Positions 32,766 to 46,900 of a stretch of 64,000 nucleotides of DNA are shown in pieces. Made by a program: the position numbers and the translations under genes. This stretch comes from Rebecca billardiae RCC1528. Taxonomy: Eukaryota > Protista > Haptophyta. The notes beneath the pieces are model-generated. The model was not told where the DNA came from, ran no database searches, and worked only from the letters and a program-made list of their open reading frames with translations. Location of the stretch: assembly GCA_965240325.2 (NCBI GenBank), contig OZ251252.1, forward strand, positions 496,001-560,000. The letters are read 5' to 3'. The first letter of the stretch is position 1; each line of letters opens with the position of its first letter.

Positions 32766-35700
32766 CGAGCCCGCCGCCGAGCCCGCCGCCGAGCCCGCCG
32801 CCCAGCCCACCGCCGCCGAGCCCGCCGCCGAGCCCGCCGCCGAGCCCGCCGCCGAGCCCGCCGCCGAGCCCGCCGCCGAGCCCGCCGCCGAGCCCGCCGC
32901 CGTCACCACCGCCCAGCCCACCGCCGCCGAGCCCGCCGCCGAGCCCACCGCCGAGCCCGCCGCCGAGCCCACCTCCGCCGAGCCCGCCGCCGAGCCCGCC
33001 GCCGAGCCCGCCGCCCAGCCCGCCGCCCAGCCCGCCGCCCAGCCCGCCGCCGAGCCCACCGCCGCCGCCGAGCCCGCCGCCGAGCCCGCCACCGAGCCCG
33101 CCGCCGAGCCCGCCGCCCAGCCCACCGCCGCCCAGCCCGCCGCCGAGCCCGCCGCCGAGCCCGCCGCCGAGCCCGCCGCCGAGCCCGCCGCCGAGCCCGC
33201 CGCCGAGCCCGCCGCCGTCACCACCGCCCAGCCCACCGCCGCCGAGCCCGCCGCCGAGCCCGCCGCCGAGCCCGCCGCCGAGCCCGCCGCCCAGCCCACC
33301 GCCGCCGAGCCCGCCGCCGAGCCCGCCGCCGAGCCCGCCGCCGAGCCCGCCGCCGAGCCCGCCGCCGAGCCCGCCGCCGAGCCCGCCGCCGTCACCACCG
33401 CCCAGCCCACCGCCGCCGAGCCCGCCGCCGAGCCCACCGCCCAGCCCGCCGCCGAGCCCGCCGCCCAGCCCGCCGCCGAGTCCACCGCCGAGCCCGCCGC
33501 CGTCACCACCGCCCAGCCCACCGCCGCCGAGCCCGCCGCCGAGCCCGCCGCCGAGCCCGCCGCCGAGCCCACCGCCGCCGAGCCCGCCGCCCAGCCCGCC
33601 GCCGAGCCCTCCGCCCAGCCCTCCGCCGAGCCCGCCGCCGAGCCCGCCGCCGAGCCCGCCCCCATCGCCGCCGCCGTCGCCACCGCCCAGTCCGCCGCCG
33701 TCGCCACCGCCCAGCCCACCGCCCTCGCCACCGCCGAGCCCGCCGCCCTCGCCGCCTCCAAGCCCACCCCCCAGCCCACCGCCGTCACCGCCGCCGTCGC
33801 CGCCGCCGAGCCCGCCGCCATCACCGCCGCCGAGCCCGCCGCCGAGCCCGCCGCCGAGCCCGCCGCCCTCGCCACCACCGTCGCCGCCACCGAGCCCGCC
33901 GCCGTCGCCGCCGCCGTCGCCGCCGCCGTCGCCGCCACCGTCGCCGCCGCCGTCGCCGCCACCGTCGCCGCCGCCGAGCCCACCGCCGAGCCCGCCGCCG
34001 AGCCCGCCGCCGAGCCCGCCGCCGAGCCCGCCGCCTTCGCCGCCACCGTCGCCGCCTCCGAGCCCGCCACCGTCGCCGCCGCCGTCGCCCCCACCGTCGC
34101 CGCCGCCGTCGCCACCGCCATCGCCGCCGCCGTCCCCGCCGCCAAGCCCACCGCCATCGCCGCCGCCGAGCCCGCCGCCGAGCCCGCCGCCGAGCCCGCC
34201 GCCTTCGCCGCCACCGTCACCGCCACCGAGCCCGCCGCCGTCGCCGCCGCCGTCGCCGCCGCCGTCGCCGCCGCCGTCGCCGCCGCCGTCGCCACCGCCG
34301 TCGCCGCCACCGAGCCCACCGCCATCGCCGCCGCCGAGCCCGCCGCCATCCCCTCCGCCGTCGCCGCCACCCAGCCCGCCGCCCAGCCCACCGCCCAGCC
34401 CGCCGCCCAGCCCACCGCCCAGCCCGCCACCGTCGCCGCCGCCTTCGCCACCACCATCGCCGCCACCGAGCCCGCCGCCAAGCCCGCCGCCGAGCCCGCC
34501 GCCGTCGCCGCCGCCCTCACCGCCACCAAGCCCGCCGCCCTCACCACCCCCGTCGCCACCGCCCAGTCCGCCGCCCTCGCCACCACCGAGCCCGCCGCCA
34601 AGCCCGCCGCCCAGCCCACCGCCGTCACCGCCCCCGTCGCCGCCGCCGAGCCCGCCGCCGTCGCCACCGCCCTCGCCACCACCTTCGCCGCCGCCGTCGC
34701 CGCCGCCGTCGCCGCCGCCGAGCCCACCCCCATCCCCGCCGCCGTCGCCCCCGCCGAGCCCGCCACCCTCGCCGCCTCCGAGCCCGCCACCGTCGCCGCC
34801 GCCATCGCCGCCACCGAGCCCACCGCCCAGCCCACCGCCGTCACCACCGCCATCACCGCCGCCGAGCCCGCCGCCGTCGCCGCCGCCGAGCCCGCCGCCG
34901 AGCCCGCCGCCGTCGCCGCCGCCATCGCCACCACCATCGCCCCCGCCCAGCCCACCGCCGTCGCCACCGCCCAGCCCGCCACCATCGCCCCCGCCGAGCC
35001 CGCCGCCGAGCCCTCCGCCCTCGCCGCCTCCGAGCCCGCCACCGTCGCCGCCGCCGTCGCCGCCGCCGAGCCCACCGCCCTCGCCGCCGCCGAGCCCGCC
35101 GCCGTCGCCGCCGCCGAGCCCGCCGCCGTCGCCGCCGCCGAGCCCGCCGCCCTCGCCGCCGCCGAGCCCGCCGCCGAGCCCGCCGCCGAGCCCACCGCCG
35201 AGCCCGCCGCCGTCGCCGCCGCCGTCGCCGCCGCCGAGCCCGCCGCCGTCGCCGCCTCCGTCGCCGCCACCCAGCCCGCCGCCGTCGCCGCCGCCGTCGC
35301 CGCCGCCGAGCCCACCTCCCAGCCCGCCGCCGTCGCCGCCGCCGTCGCCACCGCCATCGCCGCCACCGAGCCCGCCGCCGTCGCCGCCGCCAAGCCCGCC
35401 GCCCAGCCCGCCGCCGAGCCCGCCGCCGAGCCCGCCGCCGTCGCCGCCGCCGTCGCCGCCGCCGTCGCCGCCGCCGTCGCCGCCGCCGTCGCCGCCACCC
35501 AGCCCGCCGCCGTCGCCGCCGCCGTCGCCGCCGCCGTCGCCGCCGCCCAGCCCGCCGCCGTCGCCGCCGCCGTCGCCGCCGCCGAGCCCACCTCCCAGCC
35601 CGCCGCCGTCGCCGCCGCCGTCACCACCGCCATCGCCGCCACCGAGCCCGCCGCCGTCGCCGCCGCCAAGCCCGCCGCCCAGCCCGCCGCCGAGCCCGCC

Positions 35701-38236
35701 GCCGAGCCCGCCGCCGTCGCCGCCGCCGTCGCCGCCACCGAGCCCGCCGCCGTCGCCGCCGCCGTCGCCGCCACCGAGCCCGCCGCCGTCGCCGCCGCCG
35801 TCGCCGCCGCCGTCGCCGCCGCCCAGCCCGCCGCCGTCGCCGCCGCCGTCGCCGCCGCCGAGCCCACCTCCCAGCCCGCCGCCGTCGCCGCCGCCGTCGC
35901 CGCCGCCCTCACCGCCACCGAGCCCGCCGCCGTCGCCGCCGCCGTCGCCGCCGCCCAGCCCGCCGCCGTCGCCACCGCCGTCCCCTCCGCCCAGCCCGCC
36001 GCCGTCGCCACCGCCAAGTCCGCCGCCATCGCCGCCGCCGTCGCCGCCACCGAGCCCACCTCCCAGCCCGCCGCCGCCGAGCCCGCCGCCGTCGCCGCCG
36101 CCGTCGCCGCCGCCGTCGCCACCGCCGTCGCCGCCGCCGAGCCCACCTCCATCCCCGCCGCCGTCGCCCCCGCCATCGCCGCCGCCCCGCCCGCCGCCGT
36201 CACCACCGCCGTCACCGCCTCCGCCGAGCCCGCCACCCTCGCCGCCTCCGAGCCCGCCGCCTTTGCCACCATCGCCGCCGCCGCCGAGCCCTGGCCCGAC
36301 CCACCCCTCGCCGCCGCCGGTGCCGCCGTCGCCGTCGCCGGACCTGACGGTCGAGGACTACGTCGAGCTGCGGCTCAACCTGACCGGCCTGGACGCGGAC
36401 GTTGTGACGGCGCAGCTGCTCGCCAACATTGCGGAGGAGGCGGGCGTGGACGTCTCGCGGCTCTCGATCGAGAGGATCGACCCGCTCGGCGACGGCGCGT
36501 CGCTAGTCGTCGTGAAGTCGACGACCGACCCGGCCGCTGGCGAGAGGCTCACCGACCTCTCCTCGCTGCTCCAGCCGGAGCCGCCGGCGCTCGCGCCGCT
36601 GGACGCGCTGAGCGCAGAGCTCGGGTACACGCTGGTGGACGTGAGATGGCACATGCCGCCGTCCTCGCCGCCCGCGCCGCCCGCGCCGCCCTCGCCGCCC
36701 TCGCCGCCCCCCAACCTCGACACCGAGGAGTACCTCGGCCTGCACCTGAACATGACCGCGGATCAGCTCGTGGGCTCGACCGAGTCCGCGCTGCTCGGCG
36801 CGCTCGCCTCTGAGCTGGGCGTCGACGCGTCTCGGCTCTCGTTCGAGTCGGTGGCCGACCAGGGCGACGGCACGACCCAGCTCGTCATCAAGCTGAAGAC
36901 CGAAGAGTCTTCCGGCGAGTCGAAGGTGGACCCGACATCTCAACTCACACCCAACAATGGGCCGGGCACGCCAGCGTCGCTCGCGGATCTCTCGTTGCGG
37001 CTGGGCGTGCCGGTGGCCGAGCCGCCGTACAACCACGTGCCGCCCTCGCCACCGCCCGCGCCGCCGTCGCCGCCGTCGCCGCCCTCGCCGCCGCCCGACC
37101 ACGCCAACGAGGAGTACGTTGCGCTCGAGCTGGCTCTGACGCCGGCGCAGCTCGAGGCTGCGAGTGACGCCCTACTTGGCTCGCTGGCGTCCGAGCTGGG
37201 CGTCGACGTGTCTCGGCTCTCGTTCGAGTCGGTGGCCGACCAGGGCGACGGCACGACCCAGCTCGTCATCAAGCTGAAGACCGAAGAGTCTTCCGGCGAG
37301 TCGAAGGTGGACCCGACATCTCAACTCACACCCAACAATGGGCCGGGCACGCCGACGTCGCTCGCCGATCTCTCTGAGAGGCTGGGCGTGCCGGTGGCCG
37401 AGCCGCCGTACAACCACGTGCCGCCCTCACCACCGCCCGCGCCGCCATCGCCACCGCCGCCCCCGTCGCCGCCCTCGCCGCCGCCTGACCTCGGCACCGA
37501 GGAGTATGTCGCACTCCGAGCGGCCGTTCCGTACGCCTACCTGCAGGGCCTCACGCCCGAGTCGCTGGCTTCCAGGATCAACGGCCTGCTCGGCAACCTC
37601 GCCCTCGAGCTGGGCATCGACGTGTCGAGGCTCTCGCTCGAGGCGATGCTGGACCAGGGCGACGGCACGACGAGTCTCGTGATCAAGCTCACCACGGACG
37701 AGTCGGCGGGCGAGTCGCAGGTGGACCCGGCCTCCCAGCTCACGCCGAACAGCGGGCCGGGCACGCCAGCGTCGCTCACTGACCTGTCGGAGCGCCTGGG
37801 CCTGCCGATGGCCGAGCCGCCGTACAACCACGTGCCACCCTCGCCGCCGCCCGCGCCGCCCTCGCCGCCATCACCTCCCTCTCCTCCCGCGCCGCCGCCC
37901 GACCACGTCAACGAGGAGTACCTCGCGCTCGAGCTTTCGCTCACGCCCGCGCAGCTCGAGGCCGTGCAGGAGGCGCTGCTGGGCTCGCTCGCGGCCGAGC
38001 TCGGCATCGACGCGTCTCGGCTCTCGTTTGAGGCGGTGACCGACCAGGGCGACGGCACGACCAAGCTGGTGGTCCACGTCAAGACCAACCTGGGCGAGTC
38101 GAAGCCAAATGCGACGGCCCAGCTCACGCCGAACAACGGGCCGGGCACACCATCGTCGCTTGCAGATCTCTCGGAGCGGCTGGGCGTGCCGGTGGCCGAG
38201 CCGCCGTACAACCACGTGCCGCCCTCGCCGCCGCCA

Positions 38237-38268
<32 letters not shown>

Positions 38269-39346
38269 GCCGCCAGACCACACCACCGAGGAGTTCCTCG
38301 CTCTCGAGCTGGCTCTGACGCCGGGTCAGCTCGAGGCCGCGCGCGAAGCGCTGCTGCGCGCTCTCGCGTCCGAATTGGGTGTCGGCGAGTCTCGGCTCTC
38401 GTTCGAGTCGGTGACCGACCAGGGCGACGGCACGACCAGGCTCGTCGTGAAGCTGGCGACCGACCCGTTTGCTGGCGAGTTGCAGGTCGACCCAAGTGGC
38501 CAGCTCACGCCGAACAACGGGCCAGGTACGCCGGCGTCGCTTGCGGATCTCTCGTCCAAGCTGGGCGTGCCGGTAGCGGAGTACCCGTACAACCACGTGC
38601 CGCCCTCGGCGCCGCCGTCCCCTTCGCCGCCGCCCAACCTCGAGCTGTATGGCTACGCTGCGCTGAGGGTCAACTCGACCGAATTTGCGTTGGACGAGTT
38701 CTCGATCGACTTCTTGGCGAGGGTGGCCGAGGCGCTCGGCGTGGACGTGGAGCGGCTGTCGGTGCACGCGACGAACGTGCTGAGCGACACGACCACGCGC
38801 GTCGTCGTCCGCATCCGCAACGATCCGTCGGTCGGCGACGCGCCGGTCGATGTCGTGCAGTCGCTGTCGCAGGAGGCTCCCCCGGTGGTTCCGCCGTTGG
38901 AGCAGCTCACCGACAAGCTCGGCGTGCCCGTGCTGGAGGTGCCGAAGGCCTTTGAGCCGCCTTCGCCGCCGCCCTCGCCACCGTCGCCGCCTCCGGACCT
39001 GACCGTGGAGGACTACGTCGAGCTGCGGCTCAACCTCACCACGTGGGAGGCGGCCGCGGCGGCGGATGAGCTGCTGGCCGCGCTGGCGGAGGTGGCGGGC
39101 GTGGACCCGTCGCGCCTGTCGATCGAGCGGATCGAGCCGGTGGGCGACGACGACTCGTTGGTCGTGATCAAGTCGACGACCAACCCGGCCGCGGGCGAAA
39201 CGCAAACCGACCTCTCATCCTTGCTGCAGCAAGTCACGGAGCAGCCGCCGGCGCCGGCGCCTTTGGACGCGCTGAGCTCGGATCTGGGGTTCGCGCTGGT
39301 GAGCGTGCACAGGCATGTCCCACCGTCTTCCCCACCGTCGCCACCG

Positions 39347-39382
<36 letters not shown>

Positions 39383-42300
39383 CCCAACCTCGACACCGAG
39401 GAGTACCTTGGCCTGCACCTGAACATGACCGCGGATCAGCTCGTGGGCTCGACCGTCCCCTCCACTCTGCTTGCTGCCGTTGCGGCCGAGCTGGGCGTAG
39501 ACCCGTCGCGGCTCTCGTTCGAGGCGGTGACCGACCAGGGCGACGGCACGACCAAGCTCGTCGTGAAGCTGGCGACCGACCCGTCTGCTGGCGAGTCGCA
39601 GGTCGACCCGACCTCCCAGCTCACACCGAACAACGGGCCTGGCACGCCGTCGTCTCTCGCCGATCTCTCGGAGAGGCTGGGCGTGCCGTTGGTCGATGGG
39701 CCGTACAGCCACGTGCCGCCCTCACCGCCGCCCGCGCCGCCATCGCCGCCGTTGCCTCCGTCGCCGCCTCCTGATCTTGCCAACGAGGAGTACCTCGCGC
39801 TCGAGCTGTCGCTCAGCCCCGCTCAGCTCGAGGCCGCGCGGGAGGCGCTGCTGGGCGCGCTCGCGACGGAGCTGGGCGTCGACGTGTCTCGGCTCTCGTT
39901 CGAGGCGGTGGTTGACCGGGGCGATGGTACAACGAAGGTTGCGATCAAGCTCGCGACGAACCCGTCGGCCGGCGAGTCGAAGGTGGACCCGACCTCCCAG
40001 CTCACGCCGAACAGCGGGCCTGGCACGCCGGCGTCGCTCACCGATCTCTCTGAGAGGCTGGGCGTGCCGGTTGCCGAGCCACCGTACAACCACGTGCCGC
40101 CCTCGCCGCCGCCCTCACCGCCCTCGCCGCCCTCGCCACCGTCGCCGCCGCCTGACCCCGCCAACGAGGAATACTTAGCGCTCGAGCTGTCGCTCACGCC
40201 GGCGCAGCTCGAGGCTCAGGAGAAGGACCTGCTCGAGACGCTGGAGTCCGAGCTGGGCGTCGACGTGTCTCGGCTCTCGTTCGAGGCGGTGACCGACCAG
40301 GGCGACGGCACCACCAAGGTGGTAGTCAAAATCGTGACCGACCCGTCCGCTGGCGAGTTGCAGGTCGACCCAACTGGCCGGCTCACACCGAACAACGGGC
40401 CGGGCACGCCGACTTCGCTTGCGGATCTGTCGTCGCGGCTGGGCGTGCCGGTCGCGGAGCCCCCGTACAACCACGTGCCGCCTTCGCAGCCACCGTCCCC
40501 GCCCTCACCGCCATCCCCGCCTGCGCCGCCTTCGCCGCCCGCGCCGCCGCCCGACCACGCCAACGAGGAGTACCTCGCGCTCGAGCTCTCGCTCACGCCG
40601 GCGCAGCTCGAGGCTCAGCAGCAGGACCTGCTCGAGGCGCTCGCGACTGAGCTGGGCATAGCCGGGTCTCGGCTCTCGCTCGAGGCGGTGGCCGACCAGG
40701 GCGACGGCACGACCAGGCTCGTCGTGAAGCTGACGACCGACCCGTTTGCTGGCGAGTCGCAGGTGGACCCAACTCGCCAGCTCACACCGAACAATGGGCC
40801 GGGCACGCCGTCATCGCTCGCCGATCTTTCTGAGCGGCTGGGCGTGCCGGTGGCTGAGCCGCCGTACAACCACGCGCCGCCCTCACCACCGCCATCGCCG
40901 CCCGCGTCGCCGCCGTCCCCTTCGCCCCCGCCCAACCTCGAGCTCTACGAATACGCTGCGCTGATTGTCAACTCGACGGAAGCTGCTTTCGCCGAGCGGA
41001 CCGACGAGTTCCTCGCGAAGCTGGCCGCTACGCTGGGCGTCGACCCCGAGCGCCTCGACGTTCAGGCAGTCGAGGGGCTTAGCGACACGGCCACGCGCGT
41101 CGTCGTCCGCTTCCGCAACGACCCGTCGTCGGGCGATGCGCCGGTCGATGCCGTAGAAACGCTCTCGCAGGGCCCTTCGCCGACGCTCACGCCGGTGCAG
41201 AAGCTGACAGACACGCTCGGCGTGCCCGTGCTCGTTGTGCCGAAGGCGTTCGAGCCGCCCTCGCCGCCGCCCTCGATGCCGTCGCCGCCTCCAGACCTGA
41301 CCGTGGAGGACTACGTCGAGCTGCGGCTCGACCTGACCACGTGGGAGGCGGCAGCGGCGGCGGACGAGCTGCTGGCCGCGCTGGCGGAGGCGGCGGGCGT
41401 GGGCCCGTCGCGCCTGTCGATCGAGCGGATCGAGCCGGTGGGCGAGGACGACTCCTTGATCGTCATCAAGTCGACGACCAACCCTGCCGCAGGCGAGACG
41501 CTGACCGACCTCTCGTCCTTGCTGCAGCATATGGCAGGGCCGGAGCAGGCGCAGGCGCCTCTGGACGCGCTGAGCTCGACGCTCGGGTACACGCTCATCA
41601 GTGTGCATTCGCACATGCCGCCCTCTGCCCCTCCGGCCCCGCCGTCGCCGCCGTCGCCGCCCTCGCCGCCCTCGTCGCCGCCCGACCACGCCAACGAGGA
41701 GTACCTCGCGCTCGAGATCTCGCTCACGCCCGCGCAGCTCGAGGCTCAGCAGCAGGACCTGCTCGACTCGCTCGCGTCCGAGCTGGGCGTCGATGCGTCT
41801 CGGCTCTCGTTCGAGGCGGTGACCGACCAGGGCGACGGCACCGCCAAGGTGGTAGTCAAAATCGCGACGGACGAGTCGGCGGGCGAGTCGAAGGTCGACC
41901 CAAGTGGCCGGCTCACACCGAACAACGGGCCGGGTACGCCGTCGTCGCTGGCGGATCTGTCGTCGAGGCTTGGCGTGCCGGTGGCCGAGCCACCGTACAA
42001 CCACGTGCCGCCCTCGCCGCCGCCCTCGCCACCGTTTCCACCATTGCCACCGTCGCCGCCGCCCGACCACGCCAACGAGGAGTACCTCGCGCTAGAGCTC
42101 TCGCTCACGCCGGCGCAGCTCGAGGCCGCGCGCGATTCGCTGATCGGCGCGCTCACGTCCGAGCTGGGCGTCGATGCGTATCGGCTCTCGTTCGAGGCGG
42201 TGACCGACCAGGGCGACGGCACCACCAAGGTGGTAGTCAAAATCGCGACGGACGAGTCGGCGGGCGAGTCGAAGGTCGACCCAAGTGGCCGGCTCACACC

Positions 42301-43943
42301 GAACAACGGGCCGGGTACGCCGTCGTCGCTGGCCGATCTGTCGTCGAGGCTGGGCGTGCCGGTGGCCGAGCCGCCGTACAACCACGTGCCGCCCTCGCCG
42401 CCGCCCGCGCCGCCCTCGCCGCCGCGGCCGCCCGCGCCGCCGCCCGACCACGCCAATGAGGAGTACGTTGCGCTCCCAGTGGCCGTTCCGTACGCCTACC
42501 TGCAGGGCCTCACGCCCGAGTCGCTGGCTTCCAGGATCAACGGCCTGCTCGGCAACCTCGCCCTCGAGCTGGGCATCGACGTGTCGAGGCTCTCGCTCGA
42601 GGCGATGCTGGACCAGGGCGACGGCACGACGAGTCTCGTGATCAAGGTCACCACGGACGAGTCGGCGGGCGAGTCGCAGGTGGACCCGGCCTCCCAGCTC
42701 ACGCCGAACAGCGGGCCGGGCACGCCAGCGTCGCTCACTGACCTGTCGGAGCGCCTGGGCCTGCCGATGGCCGAGCCGCCGTACAACCACGTGCCACCCT
42801 CGCCGCCGCCCGCGCCGCCCTCGCCGCCATCACCTCCCTCTCCTCCCGCGCCGCCTCCTGATCTTGCCAACGAGGAGTACCTCGCGCTCGAGCTGTCGCT
42901 CAGCCCCGCTCAGCTCGAGGCCGCGCGGGAGGCGCTGCTGGGCGCGCTCGCGACGGAGCTGGGCGTCGACGTGTCTCGGCTCTCGTTCGAGGCGGTGGTT
43001 GACCGGGGCGATGGTACAACGAAGGTTGCGATCAAGCTCGCGACGAACCCGTCGGCCGGCGAGTCGAAGGTGGACCCGACCTCCCAGCTCACGCCGAACA
43101 GCGGGCCTGGCACGCCGGCGTCGCTCACCGATCTCTCGGAGCGGCTGGGCGTGCCGGTTGCGGACCTGCCACACAGCCACGTGCCGCCTTCGTCCCCGCC
43201 TACGCCGCCCTCGCCGCCCGCCTCGCCGCCGTATCCTGCGCCGCCTCCCAACCTCGAGCTGTACGAGTTTGCTGCTGTGACGATCGACTCGAATGAGCTC
43301 GACTTCGAGGACTTCTCGGTCAACTTCATCGCGGAGGTGGCTGCGGCTCTGGGTGTCGATCCCGAGCGCCTCGACGTGCACGCCGTCGAGGAGCTAAGCG
43401 GCACGAAGACGCGCGTCGTCATCCGTATTCGCACAGATTCGTCGGCTGGCGAGTCGCCAGTGGACGTGGTCGGGACGCTGTCGCAGGAACCGCCCACGCC
43501 GGCGCAGAGGTTGAGTGACGTGCTGGGCGTGCCCGTGCTCGACGTGCCGGACGCGTTCGAGCCGCCCTCGCCTCCGCCCGCAGCGCCGTCGCCGCCGCCC
43601 GACTTCCGCGTGGAGGACTACGTCGAGGTCCGACTCGACCTCACCCCGGCAGAGGCGGCCGCGGCGGCGGACGAGCTGCTGGCCGCGCTGGCGGAGGCGG
43701 CGGGCGTGGACCCGTCGCGCCTCTCGATCGAGCGGATCGAGCCGGTGGGCGAGGACGACGCCCTGGTCGTCATCAAGTCGACTGCCAACCCGGCCGCAGG
43801 CGAGACGCTGACCGACCTCTCGTCCATGCTGCAGCAGCTGTCCGCGCAGCCGCAACCGCCCGCGCCGCTGGACGCGCTGAGCTCGGAGCTGCCGTACACG
43901 CTGATCGACGTGCAGTGGCACATGCCGCCGTCCTCGCCGCCCG

Positions 43944-43987
<44 letters not shown>

Positions 43988-46900
43988 CCCAACCTCGACA
44001 CCGAGGAGTACCTTGGCCTGCACCTGAACATGACCGCGGATCAGCTCGTGGGCTCGACCGTCCCCTCCACTCTGCTTGCTGCCGTTGCGGCCGAGCTGGG
44101 CGTAGACCCGTCGCGGCTCTCGTTCGAGGCGGTGACCGACCAGGGCGACGGCACGACCAAGCTCGTCGTGAAGCTGGCGACCGACCCGTCTGCTGGCGAG
44201 TCGCAGGTCGACCCGACCTCCCAGCTCACACCGAACAACGGGCCTGGCACGCCGTCGTCTCTCGCCGATCTCTCGGAGAGGCTGGGCGTGCCGTTGGTCG
44301 ATGGGCCGTACAGCCACGTGCCGCCCTCACCGCCGCCCGCGCCGCCATCGCCGCCGTTGCCTCCGTCGCCGCCTCCTGATCTTGCCAACGAGGAGTACCT
44401 CGCGCTCGAGCTGTCGCTCAGCCCCGCTCAGCTCGAGGCCGCGCGGGAGGCGCTGCTGGGCGCGCTCGCGACGGAGCTGGGCGTCGACGTGTCTCGGCTC
44501 TCGTTCGAGGCGGTGGTTGACCGGGGCGATGGTACAACGAAGGTTGCGATCAAGCTCGCGACGAACCCGTCGGCCGGCGAGTCGAAGGTGGACCCGACCT
44601 CCCAGCTCACGCCGAACAGCGGGCCTGGCACGCCGGCGTCGCTCACCGATCTCTCTGAGAGGCTGGGCGTGCCGGTTGCCGAGCCACCGTACAACCACGT
44701 GCCGCCCTCGCCGCCGCCCGCGCCGCCTACGCCGCCCTCGCCGCCCTCGCCGCCCGCGCCGCCGCCCGACCACGCCAACGAGGAGTACCTCGCGCTAGAG
44801 CTGTGGCTCACGCCGGCGCAGCTCGAGGCCGCGCGGGAGGCGCTGCTGGGCGCGCTCGCGACGGAGCTGGGCGTCGACGTGTCTCGGCTCTCGTTCGAGG
44901 CGGTGGTTGACCGGGGCGATGGTACAACGAAGGTTGCGATCAAGCTCGCGACGAACCCGTCGGCCGGCGAGTCGAAGGTGGACCCGACCTCCCAGCTCAC
45001 GCCGAACAGCGGGCCGGGCACGCCGTCATCGCTCACCGATCTCTCTGAGCGGCTGGGCGTGCCGGTGGCCGAGCCGCCGTACAACCACGTGCCGCCCTCG
45101 CCGCCGCCCGCGCCGCCCTCGCCGCCCTCGCCGCCCGCGCCGCCGCCCGACCACGTCAGTGAGGAGTACCTCGCGCTCGAGATCTCGCTCACGCCTGCGC
45201 AGCTCGAGGCTGCGAGTGACGCCCTACTTGGCTCGCTGGCGGCCGAGCTGGGCGTCGACGTGTCTCGGCTCTCGTTTGAGGCGGTGACCGACCAGGGCGA
45301 CGGCACCACCAAGCTGGTGGTCAAAGTGAAGACCAACCTGGGCGAGTCGAAGCCAAATGCGACGGCCCAGCTCACGCCGAGGAGCGGGCCGGGCACGCCG
45401 GCATCGCTCACCGACCTCTCTGAGCGGCTGGGCGTGCCGGTGGCGGAGCGGCCGTACAACCACGTGCCGCCCTCGCCACCGCCAGCGCCGCCCTCGCCGC
45501 CCGCTCCGCCGCCCTTACCCTCGCCTCCACCCAACCTCGAGCTGTACGACTTCGCTGCCGTGCGGGTCAACTCGACCGAGTTTGCGTTCGAGGAGTTCTC
45601 GATCGACTTCTTGGCGAAGGTGGCCGAGGCGCTCGGCGTGGACGCGGAGCGGCTGTCGGTGCACGCGACGAACGTGCTGAGCGACACGACGACGCGCGTG
45701 GTGATCCGCATCCGCAACGATCCGTCGGTCGGCGATGCGCCGGTGGACGTTGTGGGGACGCTCTCGCAGGCCGCGCCGCCGGTGCTCTCGCCCGTGCAGA
45801 AGCTGAGCGACGCGCTGGGTGTACCCGTGCTCGTTGTGCCGGACGCGTTCGAGCCGCCCTCGTCGCCGCCCTCGCCTCCGTCGCCGCCTCCGGACCTGAC
45901 CGTGGAGGACTACGTCGAGCTGCGGCTCAACCTCACCACGTGGGAGGCGGCCGCGGTGGCGGACGAGCTGCTGGCCGCGCTGGCGGAGGCGGCGGGCGTG
46001 GACCCGTCGCGCCTCTCGATCGAGCGGATCGAGCCGGTGGGCGAGGACGACTCCTTGGTCGTGATCAAGTCGACGACCAATCCGGCCGCAGGCGAGACGC
46101 TGACCGACCTCTCCACGCTCCTGCAGCAGGTTGCAGGCGCAGTCCAGACGCCGGCGCCTCTGGACTCGCTGAGCTCGACGCTCGGGTACACGCTCATCAG
46201 TGTGCACTCGCACATGCCGCCCTCTGCCCCTCCGGCCCCGCCGTCGCCGCCGTCGCCGCCCTCGCCGCCCTCGCCGCCGCCCGACCACGCCAACGAGGAG
46301 TACCTCGCGCTCGAGATCTCGCTCAGCCCCGCTCAGCTCGAGGCTCAGCAGCAGGACCTGCTCGACTCGCTCGCGTCCGAGCTGGGCGTCGATGCGTCTC
46401 GGCTCTCGTTCGAGTCGGTGACCGACCAGGGCGACGGCACGACCAAGCTCGTGGTCAAGCTCACCACCGACCCGTCGGGTGGGTCGCAGTTGGACCCGAC
46501 ATCTCAACTCACGCCGAACAATGGGCCGGGCACGCCGACATCGCTCGCCGATCTGTCGTCGAGGCTGGGCGTGCCGGTGGCCGAGCTGCCGTACAACCAC
46601 GTGCCGCCCTCGCCGCCGCCCTCGCCGCCCTCGCCGCCCTTGCCGCCCTCGACGCCGCCCGACCACGCCAATGAGGAGTACGTTGCGCTCGAGCTGGCTC
46701 TGACGCCGGTGCAGCTCGAGGCTGCGAGTGACGCCCTACTTGGCTCGCTCGCGGCCGAGCTGGGCGTCGACGTGTCTCGGCTCTCGTTCGAGTCGGTGAC
46801 CGACCAGGGCGATGGCACCACCAAGGTGGTGGTCAAGCTGGCGACCGACCCGTCGGGTGAGTCGCAGGTGGACCCAACAGGCCAGCTCACGCCGAACAAC

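Noticed and set aside
28971-36272. Ala/Gly/Ser-rich minus-strand ORFs (960 and 1426 aa), superficially antifreeze- or silk-like
   Set aside because: Antisense shadows of the Pro/Ser repeat.
29175-36347. 2390-aa poly-Arg ORF
   Set aside because: It is the +1 shadow of the CCG-rich Ser-Pro frame. The true frame has the signal peptide and continues into the folded domains.
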